DNA of 64,000 nucleotides from Octopus sinensis (taxonomy: Eukaryota). A program made the position numbers and the translations under genes. The stretch spans positions 31,062,001-31,126,000 of the forward strand of contig NC_043010.1 in the NCBI RefSeq assembly GCF_006345805.1, given 5' to 3'. A model generated the notes under the pieces. That model made no database searches. It worked only from the letters and a program-made list of their open reading frames with translations, and had not been told where the DNA came from. Positions 12,604 to 24,822 of the stretch are shown piece by piece; the first letter of the stretch is position 1; the number at the start of each line of letters is the position of its first letter.

Positions 12604-13019
12604 TATAATTTGATGACACTTTTGTTAAAAGTTCTATTGGGGGTTTTAGTGAAAATGATTTTTAACGTGATGGGAAAAAAGGACCAGGCTATTGGTTTAA
12701 CTACAGTTAAATTAAATGGTGGGTTATACCACATTATATTCCTTATTTTATTTTGCTTCTATTCCTATTATTGTTATAATTTATTGATTGGATATGTTAA
12801 GTTACACCACACGCACGCACACACACGCACGCACACACACACACACACAATGGTAGGAATAGAAGCAAAAATAGAATAAGGAATATAATGTGGTATAACC
12901 CACCACTTAATTTAACTCTAGTTAAACCAATTGCCTGATTCTTTTTTCCATGACATTAAAAATGATTTCCATAAAAACCCAATACTATGGAACTTTTAAT
13001 AAAAATATCATAAAATTAT
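12604..13019. repeat. Foldback element, ~170-bp inverted arms
   Basis: 12604-12772 matches the reverse complement of 12849-13019 (e.g. ggtgggttataccacattatattccttatt vs aataaggaatataatgtggtataacccacc). The spacer includes a (CA/CG)n tract. Confidence 0.85.
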
Positions 13020-13789
13020 CCTACCAAACTGCACCTAATTTTATACAAACCATTACAATCTCCGATCTAAAAAAAGTTCATTTCTACAAAGTATAGTATA
13101 CAGGCATACCATTAATAACTTCATGAAGCAAAGTAACTGTTTTCTAGAAAATGGGTGCCTTGTTGATGACACAATGTATCAATGCAATGTTACCATTAAT
13201 AACTCAATACAAACACACACCACATGTGTGTATATATATATATATGTATGTATGGATGTGTGTGTAGTAGTAGGAGGAGGAGGAGGTTCCATTTTTACAG
13301 CTTTTAAACTATGCTGCAACAACCAACAATTGCAGTCTTTCATTTTGAAACCCAAATAGAAAAAATGAAACAGTACAATCAAACTGCATTCCTAAAGAGG
13401 AAAATGGTGTATGGAAATCAGAGAACTTAAATGGTTATCTTAAACTTACTTTACCTAAGCTCCACTATCATAGCTTTTCTATATTTACAGATCCCATCCC
13501 ATTATTTATCACAAATTTCATTAATTGATGTAGTACCTCATTGAATAGCGTGTATAGAGTAAAACGTTTGGCCATTGGTATTGAATCATTTTAATGTAAT
13601 GCACACTAATATTTGTGATATTAAACTCTCTCTCTTTTCTTTCTTTCTCTCTCTCGTGAGTTCTGTAATTCAGCGTCGCTTCCACTTGTGACTATTTTTA
13701 CATTTATACATATATATACACACACACACGTGAGAGAGAGAGAAAGAGAGAGCAGATTTTCTTTAATATATAAACCTAAATTCGATGAC

Positions 13790-13845
13790 GGCATAACCCT
13801 AAACCTAACCTTAACCCTAAACAACGGGTGTGCGTATTCTTTACC
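13790..13845. mobile_element. Terminal piece of a (CCCTAA)-containing repeat family
   Basis: gcataaccctaaacctaaccttaaccctaaa...ggtgtgcgtattctttacc closely matches 60491-60539. Confidence 0.6.
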
Positions 13846-14062
13846 TTCGCCTCGATTACCTTGTTCAGCGAAGTTTGTATTGTAAAAGAAACAACGTGTT
13901 CGAGTTGAGATAATCGTTACATTTATTCCGTAAACAATTTTTAGTTGTGGATTTACAAGATCAAGCGTTTTCCTGTTTTGCTCTTTGATAGTAAAAGCTA
14001 AATAAATTAGCGGATAGACAATACAAACCCTCATAGACTGGTGAGATTAATGAGGGTCCAAC

Positions 14063-14212
14063 CTGGACACCCTCGGGAAAAGAACCACTAACCGCGAAGT
14101 TCTTGTCAACGTTAGCAGCTCACCTCACAGAGGTGTCAGATGACGCCCGTGAAGGCGCCTGGCTTTCACAATGCCTCAGCCTCGCCATCACCCGTGATAA
14201 TGCTGCGAGCTT
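14063..14212 (+). mobile_element. C-terminal remnant of a restriction-like-endonuclease non-LTR retrotransposon (CRE-like)
   Basis: Translates as AKFLSTLAAHLTEVSDDAREGAWLSQCLSLAITRDNAAS, resembling the W(L)xQRLSxAxxRGNAAS terminus of CRE-type elements (recognised by eye). Confidence 0.55.
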
Positions 14213-16016
14213 CAGTTCTGTTAAACCTTGTGGTGTGCGACCAGTGATAATTCTTAGAAAAGCTTTTCATACAGATCTGAGAGTGATAGCATTTATCATA
14301 TGTATGAGTACATTTGTGAAGTCACTAGTACCAGGGTATATTTGATCAGTTGTATGGTCTGAATGCTTACCGAAAGTGAAACTTCGCTAGACGTAATCCC
14401 GGACTAAGATGTGTGAGTGTAAAACTAGAAGCAGACGGTAAATGACTGGGCGTGTATGTGTAAGCGTACGCGCGCGTGTGTATGCGGGAGTGGCATGTTA
14501 GTATATTAGTATGTACAAATGGCTATCAGAGCACAGAAACTGTCCTCTGAGGGTTTTGTTTCTTTATTTTGAACAACTATTCAACATGAACGGAGCGTTC
14601 GTAGGTCTTATTGAATACAAGACAATGCTGTGAGATTCAAAAAAAAAAAAAAGAACAAAACAGAATTTGAAATAACAGTATATTTTGTCATTCGTGGGGA
14701 ATAATTTACATTCGGAACTTGCGTTCCTCAGCACCGCTTTAGAATTATTCCGGCATCTTACGGAAACTTAAAATATTCATTGGAGGTTTGTGTCACTTTG
14801 ATACATAAGCGTGGGTGTATACATACACCCAGACATACACACAGATACACACACACACAAACAAACACACACACGTGTGTGTGTTTGTATACGAAAGATC
14901 GCCTATTTATGTTTGTATACGCATGTGTGTTTGTTTATATAGATATATATATGTATATATAGTTCTTTGAAAATAAGTTCTTCCCACCATTGAATCCTTT
15001 ACGTATTGGATATGTACATATATTGGTGATTGATCTCAAACCATTGAATGAGGTGATCGAGTTAAAGTTTTCACACTTGTCTTTACCATTCTTTAATCTC
15101 CAAGTCGTTTATTTACTATTTTTAATGTCGAGATAATACCATCTTCTTGGTACGGTCTGATCTTTATTGTCCGTTGTTGATGCTGTGGACATTGTTGACG
15201 TCTGGGACAGTCCTATGAATGTTGCTGACAAAGTTGGTTTTATTTTTATTGCTATTTGGTTCCAATCCAATACCCTGATCAAAAGCATTGCTGTCATGAC
15301 CAATGCACGGTTTTAGGGATATAAAGGACTACATTATCCGATACATCCTGTCCTTGTTTAGACGGTAGAGTGTGATTTTTGTGAGATTTTGTTTTTTGTT
15401 TTCTAACTGGTCCAGCTACCAGGTAGAGGCTCCCTTGTTGAGTCGTATGGCTGCAATATAATGTTCAAGCTATTGATATGTTGCACTAGAGAATCTATAG
15501 TTAAAACAAATTTATGTCATATAAGATGTTTATCTCCAGTCTTGTTTTTAACCACTGTGGGCCTGCATTGTTCAGTTGCATAGGATGTTGTATGATGATA
15601 GTTCGGACATGTCCTACTAAGATGATTTCACAGCTTGATTTGTCAAACCAATAAAGTAGTCCTTACATGCTTTCTCAACATGCTAGAAATAGAACGAATT
15701 TCCCTCCAGCCATTATACATTACCGTTTAAAAAGAAGAAAAAAAAATTAAATAGTACCCAATGTAGTCCCAGGTGTTTTATATCTGGAAAGGCAAGGATG
15801 TCACGGTTGGCTTTTTGATCAATAGGGCTGTTCGGCCAGCGCTGGGCTGCGGTCAAACATCAACAATTTCATTTTGTGACTAGATACGAAGTTAAGCGGT
15901 GATTGTAACAAGCAGACAAGTTATACTCGATCGCTTTGTAGTGGATTTCGTAGTTCCGGAATTGTCATAGAAGTCTGGCTGTCCTCAGAGAAAATAATTT
16001 CTGGAGCGAATTTCTC

Positions 16017-16037
16017 TTCTTCTTCTTCTTCTTCTTC
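16017..16037. repeat. (TTC)7 microsatellite
   Basis: Direct reading. Confidence 0.95.
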
Positions 16038-18028
16038 TCCCTCTACAGCTACATTATCAAGTGTCCTCGTTTGGTCCAGAATGTGGTGTGATGAAGATGA
16101 TTTGGTTGTTATTTCTAGCAAGCTGAGCGACCACACTGGATTTTCTATTGACTCATAGTTTGTGTATTGTTGTGTTACTGGCGTGCAATAGGGTGTTGCT
16201 GACGTGAATAAGTTGTTGCTTAACCCCCAAATTGGAAAAGTTCTATTACCATCCCATATTTTTTCTCAAACTACTACATTTTCTAATGTATCTTTCCCAT
16301 TTTCAGACGACAAGGTGCGGTTTGAGGGAGATTTGGCTGCTATTTCTAACAGATCAAGCGACCACGTAGGTGTTAGGTGTTGGTCGGTTACACCTGACTG
16401 CTGCTGTCATAATTGGTATCCATCCACGCATCAACAAGAATATTTTAGTTTTCTAATGCTGGTAAGTGTTGTTATTGTTGTTTAGCCCCTGGTCAGACCT
16501 ATCTTTCACTTGTTTCAGTCAGTAGACTGCGTCCATCCTGGGGCCAAGTTTCTCTCTCTCTCTCTCTCTCTTTCTTTTTTTTTTTTTTTTTTTTTTTAAC
16601 CTAAGTGTATCTCGGATTTACAGTAATTTAATCTCTTTTCTGTTTCAAAACGGTAGAATACACATTGAGGGAATTTTGGCTGCTAAGTTTTGCAGATCAA
16701 GAGACCACCTTCTCTCATTGCTGTAGCCCCAGGCCACCTTCTCATTTCAGAATTGCATAGGACTACATTATCTTATATATTATTTCATTAGTAGAATGTA
16801 AATTGAAGGACGTTTGGCTGCCATTTCTAGCTACTTAACGACTACACTGGGGCTCCTTCGTTGGCTCGGAATCACTCAGTCGTTGTTGATCAGTAGATAT
16901 GACATTAGTAGTAGTAGTAGTAGTGTGTGTGAATACAGGTATTGTTTGGCTGCAAATCTCTCCAACGATGACCATCTTGTTTTATTTTTAGTCTTAGTAT
17001 ATCCAAGATTATCCAATATGTATCGTTTGTTAAGGGGGGGGGGTAGATTTTGCTGCTATTTTTAGCATGCCAACCGACCAGCCGCTCCTTCGTTGTCTTG
17101 CAGAGACTGCTATGTTGGTTGTGTATGATGTTTTGAATATTTTAAATTTAATTGTTGGAAGCCCAGTCAAGTCTAATATTTGGTTCCTTGGTTTCTTTGA
17201 TTTTAGTCAAATGTTAATGTTGAGGGAATTTTTTGCAGACCATGACCAAAAGTGTCCCAGCTGTGACTGTCACTCTTACTCTCTATCTGTTGTGTCTCTT
17301 ATCCGATGTATCCGTCATCTAGTTCACAGTTGCTCCAAATGCTGGGCCTCGCAAGCATAGCTACGGCAACTGCGAAACACGCTCGGCGAAGGGTGAGTTG
17401 TCCCAGCCGTGACCGTCCCTCTTGCTCTGTATCTTGTCTTATCGTATAGTGTCTCCCGTCCGATGCAGTCGTTATCTAAAACAGTCGAACAAGACTCGGC
17501 TGGAGCCTTCACAGTTAGGCCAAATACTGGACCTCACTAGGGTAGCTACGGCTACTGCGAATCAAACTAAGCGAGAGGTGGGTTGCAATGTGGATAGGCC
17601 GTCCTGGGTGACGCTTTTTTGAGGATAGCACTTTTGATTCTACTGTATAATCCTGTGCAGGGGGTGATAAATTCAAGCGTTGCCTCAGTCGGCACACACT
17701 AGCAACGCCACTGTGATTCGATGTCGATTTGGCAGCTATTTCTAGTATGATGTGTAACTCCTTTGGTCAAATGTTGTACCAGTAATTGGTTGCATTGTGA
17801 TTTAGCTGTGACTGTAGTTCTATGTGAGACGTTACCATGCGTAATGTTTGGTATAAAGTAATGTTTTCTGGTGTTTCTTGTGGGTTGTGCCAATACTGTT
17901 GTTTAACTCTTGTCGAGCAGACCTATACTCAAGGATTTCCAGATGTGACCATCGCGTCTTTTGTGTGTATCAAGGAATACACTGTTCAATGTATCATTCT
18001 TTATTTGAGACAAATGGTTGTGAAGCGG

Positions 18029-18400
18029 ACGTAAGAAATGTAGATCGTACACCCTTTGTGGGTTTTTTTTTTTTTTCACAGAATCCCCAATTTTCGAGTA
18101 CGGAGATTCTGATTCTGCAAAAACAAAAAAACAAAAAAAAAGCGGCATTTTAAAATTTTAACCCCCCCCCCCCCCACCTCCGTGTTTTTCTACGTATTTC
18201 GCAAAAAAAAAAAAAAAAAAATTCGGAAAAAAGTGAAAATTGAAGAATTTGAGCGGGGAAATTAAAATTTTAAAATGCCGATTTTATTTTATTCTATTTT
18301 ATTTTTTTGCAGAATCAGAATCTCCGTATTCGAAAATGGGGGATTCTGTTTAAAAAAAAAAAAAAAAGGCGAAAGTGGGCGTGATCCACATTCTTTACGT
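18029..18400. mobile_element. Foldback/MITE-like element with ~130-bp inverted arms
   Basis: acagaatccccaattttcgagtacggagattctgattctgcaaaaa (from 18078) pairs with tttttgcagaatcagaatctccgtattcgaaaatgggggattctgt (to 18349). Pairing extends through poly-T/poly-A to acgtaagaaatg and cattctttacgt. Confidence 0.8.
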
Positions 18401-19052
18401 CTGCCAGGTTGTGATTTGATGGATATTTGGTTGTTATTTCTAGCAAATCGAGCGATTACATAAAGGTTTTCTTCATTTGACCTATCATGTATACCTATGT
18501 ATTTATATCCAAATGCTTACTGTTGTAAGGCAATAGTACAACTGAACAATAGGTATAAGTGAAAGTAAACAAAAGTTTACCCAGAATTTATAAGACAACG
18601 AAGAAAATGGAGAAGTTTACAGACATCAATTAGATCTATTGAGTAATTACAATCATATGGATAAATAAATACATAAATGATTAAATACCTTAGAATAAAC
18701 AAGTGAATAGAACTTTACTCTTTCAGCTGTTTCTACTTTGCGGGTCCAACATGCCAAAGTTGACACATCATACCAATATTACACAGAGATTGTACAAAGG
18801 TTGAACAAAAGTTGGACATAGGTTGGACAATAATTGAGCCCAAAAGTTTCATTAGAGAGTCTATAATGGTAAGAATCAAAAATGTAAAAAAGTAAATAAA
18901 ATAATAAAAATAGTAAGAAATGGTAATAAAGTAAATTCCAAGATAATATCTAGAGGTTGTGAGGCTACATCTTATTTCAAATTAATTAGAGTAATTTGAA
19001 ATAAGACGTAATCTCACAACCTCTAGATATCATCTTGGAATTTATTTTTTAC

Positions 19053-19368
19053 CACTGCATGGCACCTTGGGCTAGTGTCTTCTACTATAGCCTCTGGCTG
19101 ACCAAAGCCTTGTGAGTGGATTTCGTAGACAGAAACTGAAAGAAGCCCATCGCATATATGTATATATATGTTTATGTGTCTGTGTTTGTTCCCCACAACA
19201 TCACTTGACAACCAAAGCTGGTGTGTTTACTTTCCCGTAACTTAGCTGAGACTGATAGAATAAGTACAAGGCTTACAAAGAATAAGTACTGGGGACAATT
19301 TGCTCGACTAAAGGCAATGCTCCAGTATGGCTGCAGTCAAATGACTGAAACAAGTAAAAGAATAAAAG
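19053..19368 (+). mobile_element. SINE-like family A, 5'-truncated
   Basis: Matches the body and 3' end of 7487-7860. Confidence 0.8.
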
Positions 19369-19439
19369 AACATATATATATATAGAAATAGAAATAAGGA
19401 TAGGGAAAACGAAGCAAAAACCAGAAGCCTCTTTGATCC

Positions 19440-21619
19440 AGTGGTTTCTCAAATGAATGGATCCTTTGTGAACAACCAGGCTGATAAGGAAAGGGAAGCT
19501 AAGAAAGTAACACCCAGAAGTCCCTCTGCGCCAGTGGTCTTACAAAGGGACAGGCCTCACCCCATTGGACAACAAGAGGAATGCAAGTGCTACCACAAGA
19601 AAAGGAAGGAAAGAACACGAGCACAAACATAAGGAAGGAAGGGGAGAAAAAGGAAAATAACTAAAACCGAAACCTCAAACCACCAAACAAAAAACAAAAA
19701 ACTCAAATATGGAGGCTCCAATGGGATCCGAAACCCTAATGGAGTGAAGTCAAGGACATGCAAATTTTACCTGCAAGGCAAATGTTGGCATAGGGAAGAT
19801 GGCATAAACTGCCAGTTTGCTCACCTGAGACCCTGCCAAAACTATAGGGGCCTTAAGGAGAAATACTTCCCTGAGGAAAGGCACCAGTCATCTCCAAAGA
19901 AAAAATGTACAAATGCAGTGCGCTCTTCAAATGTTATGCACAAGGCTGCAGCTGAGCAAGAGTCTCTTTTGTGCATGGCACAAAAGATTGTGCAGCAGCT
20001 GACCTGGCCACATCAAGCTTGTGCACCACTGCACAAGACCACCACAATCAACAGGCATGGGATGGCCTCCCCTAACGCCTGCACAGTCATCATGCCAATA
20101 TTTAGTAAATATTGAGGGCTTGTTGCATCACAACATCAAAAGCAACGTTTTTTTTTTACCTGAGAGACCTTGCTGCATGCAATCAAGCCCTATGCATAGC
20201 AAACAAGCATTGGTGGAGTCACTGCCCAACCTCACCAATGCCCTGCTCATGGAGCAGGTTGTGCTCAGACCAACTAGGGTGAATAACATTTTGGATCTCT
20301 GCTTCATGAACAATATGGACATCGTTCATGATGTGAAAGTGATACCAACATTAGTTTTGGATCACAACATAATAGAGCTGTCTATCTTTGGACCAAAAGT
20401 AGCCAGAGACATACAGCCTAAAAGAAGCACCCTAAATCTCTCCAATCTGAACTTCTACAAAGCAAATTGGAAATTGATCCAAAAAGAGATCTTCAGACAG
20501 GACTGGCCGAAATGTCTCTCCACAGCAGACATTGGCATGAAACTAGAATATTTCATGTCTGTTATGCAAACCATATGCCAGAAATATGTCCCAGAGCACA
20601 AGGCCAACACAAAAAGGAACAAGATTCCAAGGGAGAGGAAGATCCTCATGAGATGATAGATGAAGGTTGCAAATCACTTCAACCAATATTCCAAAAGAAG
20701 TGAAAAGTCCTGCCTAAAAGCAACACTAATGGAAATTGAAAAAAGCCTGCAACAATCCTATGGGAAGGAGAGAGCAGAGAAAGAAGCATTGGGTTATAAA
20801 AAGCATTAAGTCAAACCCAAAGGCCTTCTTTCATTATGCCAAAGAAACAGCCTCAGTATGCTGCAAAATAGGATCCCTCTTCCAAAAGGATGACTCCCTC
20901 ACAGATAGTCCAACCAAAATCTGTGAGGTACTGAATGACCAGTTCAAAAGTGTCTTTGCCACCCCATTGGAACTCATACAAGTGAACAAACCAGTGGATT
21001 TCTTTGCCGCCTCACCTATAACCAATTATAGGCAGTTATGATGGATTACATTGACATTAGCGAAGAAGATATACTACTAGCCATAGATGAGGTGGATGCA
21101 AACTCAACTGCTGGGCCTGATGGTTTCCCAGCAATCCTCCTCAAAGCGTGTAATCATGCCCTGACAAAACCACTACAGATTCTCTTCCAGAGCTTTCTTG
21201 CAAATGACAGGCTGCCAAGCTAACTGAAGGAGGGAATATGCTCAATCCATAAAGGGGGAAGCAGAAAAGATGCCAAAAACTTTAGGCCTATCTCTCTGAC
21301 TTCACACATCAGCAAAGTCATGGAACGGATAGTCAGAAGGAAATTGATTGCATTCCTTGAAGAAAATGACTTGCTGAGTGATAGCATGGCTTTTGACCAT
21401 GTAGGAGCTGCCTGACCCAGCTCTTACAGCACTATGACTGGGTGTTGAGGCAGTTACTCAACAACTCAAATATGAATGTAATAGACCTTGACTTTGCAAA
21501 AGCTTTTGATAAAGTGGATCATGGTATGATATGTCACAAACTGCATGATCTTGGCATAGCTGGAAAACTTGGAGAGTGGTTACATGACTTTCTGAAAGAT
21601 AGAAGTCAGGCAGTAGTGG
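19440..21619 (+). mobile_element. Decayed CR1/L2-group LINE: ORF1 with CCCH-like finger, deleted APE endonuclease, RT domains truncated
   Basis: Motifs CKFYLQGKCWHREDGINCQFAH; LVNIEGL; PTRVNNILDLCF...DHNII; AGPDGFPAILLK; NFRPISLTSHISKVMERI; DFAKAFDKVDHG. Contains frameshifts and stops. Confidence 0.9.
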
Positions 21620-23220
21620 CAGGGTTACCAATTTAGCATATTTTATGCTAGATCTAGCATTTTCTTTTTTCTGCATTTAGCAGAAAATTTTTGAATCTAG
21701 CATTTAGCAGGGAAAATAGCAGGTTTAAGATTTTATTTAGCATTTTTTTCAGCATTTTTCTCTGATCATGACATTTCCACAATAGTTACCCTTTTTTCTT
21801 CTTTTTCCTCCTTTTCTATTTTCGTTAATGTATCTTATAGCCAAATTTTAGTACCATCGGCTGTTGTTGAATTTTTCTTTCACCTTTTTGAAACTTCAAA
21901 TGAAAGTTTATCAAGTTATGAACCACCACCCTCCCCCCCACCGGCTTGGATACAGCTTGGATACGGCTTGGTGGGGGAGGGGGAGAAGATAACTCATGTC
22001 AGCACCTGAACTCACTACAAAATAATGTAAATATATTGCAAAGAATGAAAGCATGGAAATTTGTCCTAACAATACTTTATTCTGTAGTATTAAGTTTTTA
22101 TCAAGACAGATTGACTGATTTACTTTCAGTTTGACTGTTTTAAAAAAGGCCTGTTTTTTCATGCTTATTTTGGATTATATATTATATAGAAGTACAGGGG
22201 TGGTGGGGGGTCTACCCCCCCTCGTTATATTTCTACTTACTTTTTTTTTTCAAGTATTGTGGTTATATTTGAGGTTTTACCAATAGATATTAAATGTAAG
22301 ATTGGAAGTGAAATATGATGTTCCCAGGTTTATATCAGAACACAGTTTTAGGATTTCTGCATATTTTACTTTTCCATTTATAAGTTGGCCACCCTGCATC
22401 CTTAATCAGTATTCTTCACCTCAAAAATTTGTAAGCAGCGAACATAAGAATTCTTAATGCCAAATGATAAATTGTGTTTTCAATTTTATATTTTTATTAA
22501 TCATTCAATTTTTTTCTTGCTTCCCACTACATTATAATGAGCAAAGAAAAACAAAGTTGCACCAGCAAAAATTCCGAAAGGAATGGTTTAAGATGCCAAC
22601 GTTTACTAAATGGTTGTGTGAAGTATCTAGTGACCAATCTGAAGCACATTGCAGATATGGTAGATGTAATATGTTGGCAAAATAGTCTCTTTTAGTAAGC
22701 CACTGTGAAGCAAAGAAACATAAGGCATCAACTCTACAGCAAATGATTCCTCTTACCAATTTTATTAAAACCAAAAATGATAAGACATCTATGCTTGAAG
22801 CAAATTTAGCAATGTTTATTTGTTGCCACTCATTGTTTAATAGCTGTGATCACTTAATAGAGTTATGTAAGAATTATATGTCTGATCGCGATATTATATC
22901 CAAAGTGAAGTTGCATCGTACAAAATGTGCAAATATTGTGAGAAATGTTCTTGCTCCATATTTTGATGGAGATTTGATTTCTGGTATAGAAAATTTAGCC
23001 TATTATTAGATGAATCCAATATCGATAAACAAGTTGTTATTATATATTATAGTGACACTCACAAAAAAGTGGTACATACATATCTCAGTATGGTATCTTT
23101 AAATTTATGTGATGCAGATGGCATTGTAGATACCTTAAAAATTAAATTAGTTGAAAAGAAATTAGATATAAAAAATTTACTGGCTATAGGAACCTCGTTG
23201 TCATAAGCAACAGAGTGCCA
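21620..23220 (+). mobile_element. hAT-superfamily DNA transposon remnant (left end plus decayed transposase)
   Basis: Starts CAGGGTTACCA, followed by many TAGCA subterminal repeats. 22500-23010 encodes FRKEWF..WL..AHCRY..SHCEAKKH (BED-like) and AMFICCH..SCDHL..KLHRTKCANIVRNVLAP (ZNF862/DUF4371-like). No matching right end was found after the transposase. Confidence 0.8.
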
Positions 23221-23243
23221 CGATATATAAATATATATATATA

Positions 23244-23490
23244 TTGGGTTAGTGCACAATTATTGCAGCTTTCTTTCAACAAATTTTATTCAACAAAAAC
23301 AATAACATGTAACAAAAACATCTTTAAATGATTATTCCAGAGCATATCCACCATCTGTTTCAATTACTGCTTCCCATTTGCTTGGCAGACGGTCGCACCA
23401 TCATTTAAAGACATTTTTGTTAAATATTGTTATTGTTTTTGTTGAATCAAATTTGTTGAAAAGAGCTGCAATAATTATGCACTAACCTAA
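23244..23490 (-). mobile_element. Internally deleted mariner element (MITE)
   Basis: 26-bp TIRs tt(g/a)ggttagtgca(c/t)aattattgcagc resemble Hsmar1/MADE1 ends, with TA on both flanks. The minus strand retains the transposase C-terminus LPSKWEAVIETDGGYALE*. Confidence 0.9.
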
Positions 23491-23923
23491 TATATATATT
23501 TGCATCTACAATTCATATCTAACAGTTTGATTATCAACTATTGTAAATATTTTTTTCTCTAAAATAAAACCAGTCAGGTGTCCTATTCCTGGACTTGTAT
23601 ATAGTTCCACATTGGATTCTAACTTGAAACCTGCCTTTACTCTAAACTAAGACATGTTTTTTTGGTTACTGACATGTGTACCACCAACAATAAATCATGA
23701 TGGTGATTATGAATCAATGCAATCATAAATGTTATGTAGTTGTAAATATTGTAAATATTTTAGAGAGCATACTTGCAATTATTGCAAAAATGACCTCGAA
23801 AAAGTCTGATTAATAGTTAACAAAATTATAATCTTGTGTATTTTGTGTTTATATTGTTTTGGGCAGAAAACAAGCTTTGTAAGACGATAAAGCAGTGGTA
23901 GCTGTTTCTGTTGTTCCTCTCAG

Positions 23924-23984
23924 ATCTGAAGGATTTGGAAACAGAAACCTGTTCAACATGGAATTATTCCAAAGGAGTTACAAG
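23924..23984 (+). CDS. Predicted upstream exon of ZNF-B, coding 23958-23984 (MELFQRSYK)
   Basis: Acceptor gtttctgttgttcctctcAG, Kozak-like caacATGg, donor AAG|gtaaag. Its phase 0 matches the acceptor at 26339. Confidence 0.6.
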
Positions 23985-24026
23985 GTAAAGATCAATCGAT
24001 ATTCAAAAGGCTGTTGTTGTTGTTGT

Positions 24027-24059
24027 TTCTTCTTCTTCTTCTTCTTCTTCTTCTTCTTC
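24027..24059. repeat. (TTC)11 microsatellite preceded by (GTT)n
   Basis: Direct reading. It lies about 42 bp downstream of the predicted donor. Confidence 0.95.
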
Positions 24060-24542
24060 TACAAGTTTCTGTTGCATCACTAGATGCATCTCTACCTTCT
24101 TGCAGTGTGTGCACCCTTGATTTTCAAGAGTGTAGAATTGCTTTTGTATGAAACATGTTTTTTGCCTTATGGATATTATTATAGGATGAATAAAATAAAG
24201 AACCAGTCAACTAGCAAGATTGATATCATTTGGTTACAACCCCTCCCTTTAAATTTCAGGTCTTGTTCCTCTGTATTCAAATTCTGTTTCGGTGGAATTT
24301 CATCATCAACAACCTCTGGACATTATTGTCTTGAGTCCTAGGATTCATAGGGTCAGTTACTCAGTTTTCATGGCATGCCACTCCATCATAGGGTTACTCA
24401 TTTACAGTTGAGTGGACTGCAGTAATGTGAAATTAAATGTTTTGCTCAAGAACACAATGCACTGCCTGGTCCAGGAAGTGAAACTTTGATCTTGCAAACT
24501 ACTAGGTTACACACCTTCTTCAGTGGACTTCAGTTTCATTAA

Positions 24543-24763
24543 CCCTTTAGCATTCACATTATTCTGTCCAAAAGTAATGCTTATTTATTCACATTGTTTT
24601 GAATTAATCATGCAATATCTTAAAGCTATGAAATTTTGATGACATAACTGTTAATTTTCAGAATTATATTGTAGAGGTGGTGTGAGAAACCATATCTGGC
24701 CAGTTTGAACATAAAGCAGGTTGAATATTTTGGCCAGATATGGCCTGTTTGGAGGCTAAATGG
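24543..24763. mobile_element. TTAA-flanked MITE (piggyBac-like ends)
   Basis: TTAA|ccctttagc ... gctaaatgg|TTAA. A second copy lies in the opposite orientation at 33940-34148. Confidence 0.75.
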
Positions 24764-24822
24764 TTAAAATAAAAAAATGTTAATAGTTTGCTCTGAAGGA
24801 AGGGTTTGTATCTGTGGCACTT

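Larger units (their letters stand above)
15350..18460 (+). repeat. Cluster of ~8 same-strand copies of a 35-90 bp motif (tttggctgctatttctagc..gagcgaccac)
   Basis: Copies near 15350, 16101, 16321, 16650, 16803, 17047, 17728 and 18409. Confidence 0.75.

Noticed and set aside
15921-16136. Poly-Glu ORF
   Set aside because: The acidic run comes from the (TTC)7 microsatellite and nothing else supports coding.
17300-17620. Possible RTE C-terminal remnant (SLSKTV..., KYWTSL...ERW)
   Set aside because: The motif pieces are in different frames and too weak to call without an alignment.
21620-22396. Self-contained MITE closed by ttggccaccctg at 22385-22396
   Set aside because: The TIR match is imperfect, it lacks mirrored TAGCA subterminal repeats, and the transposase lies beyond it.
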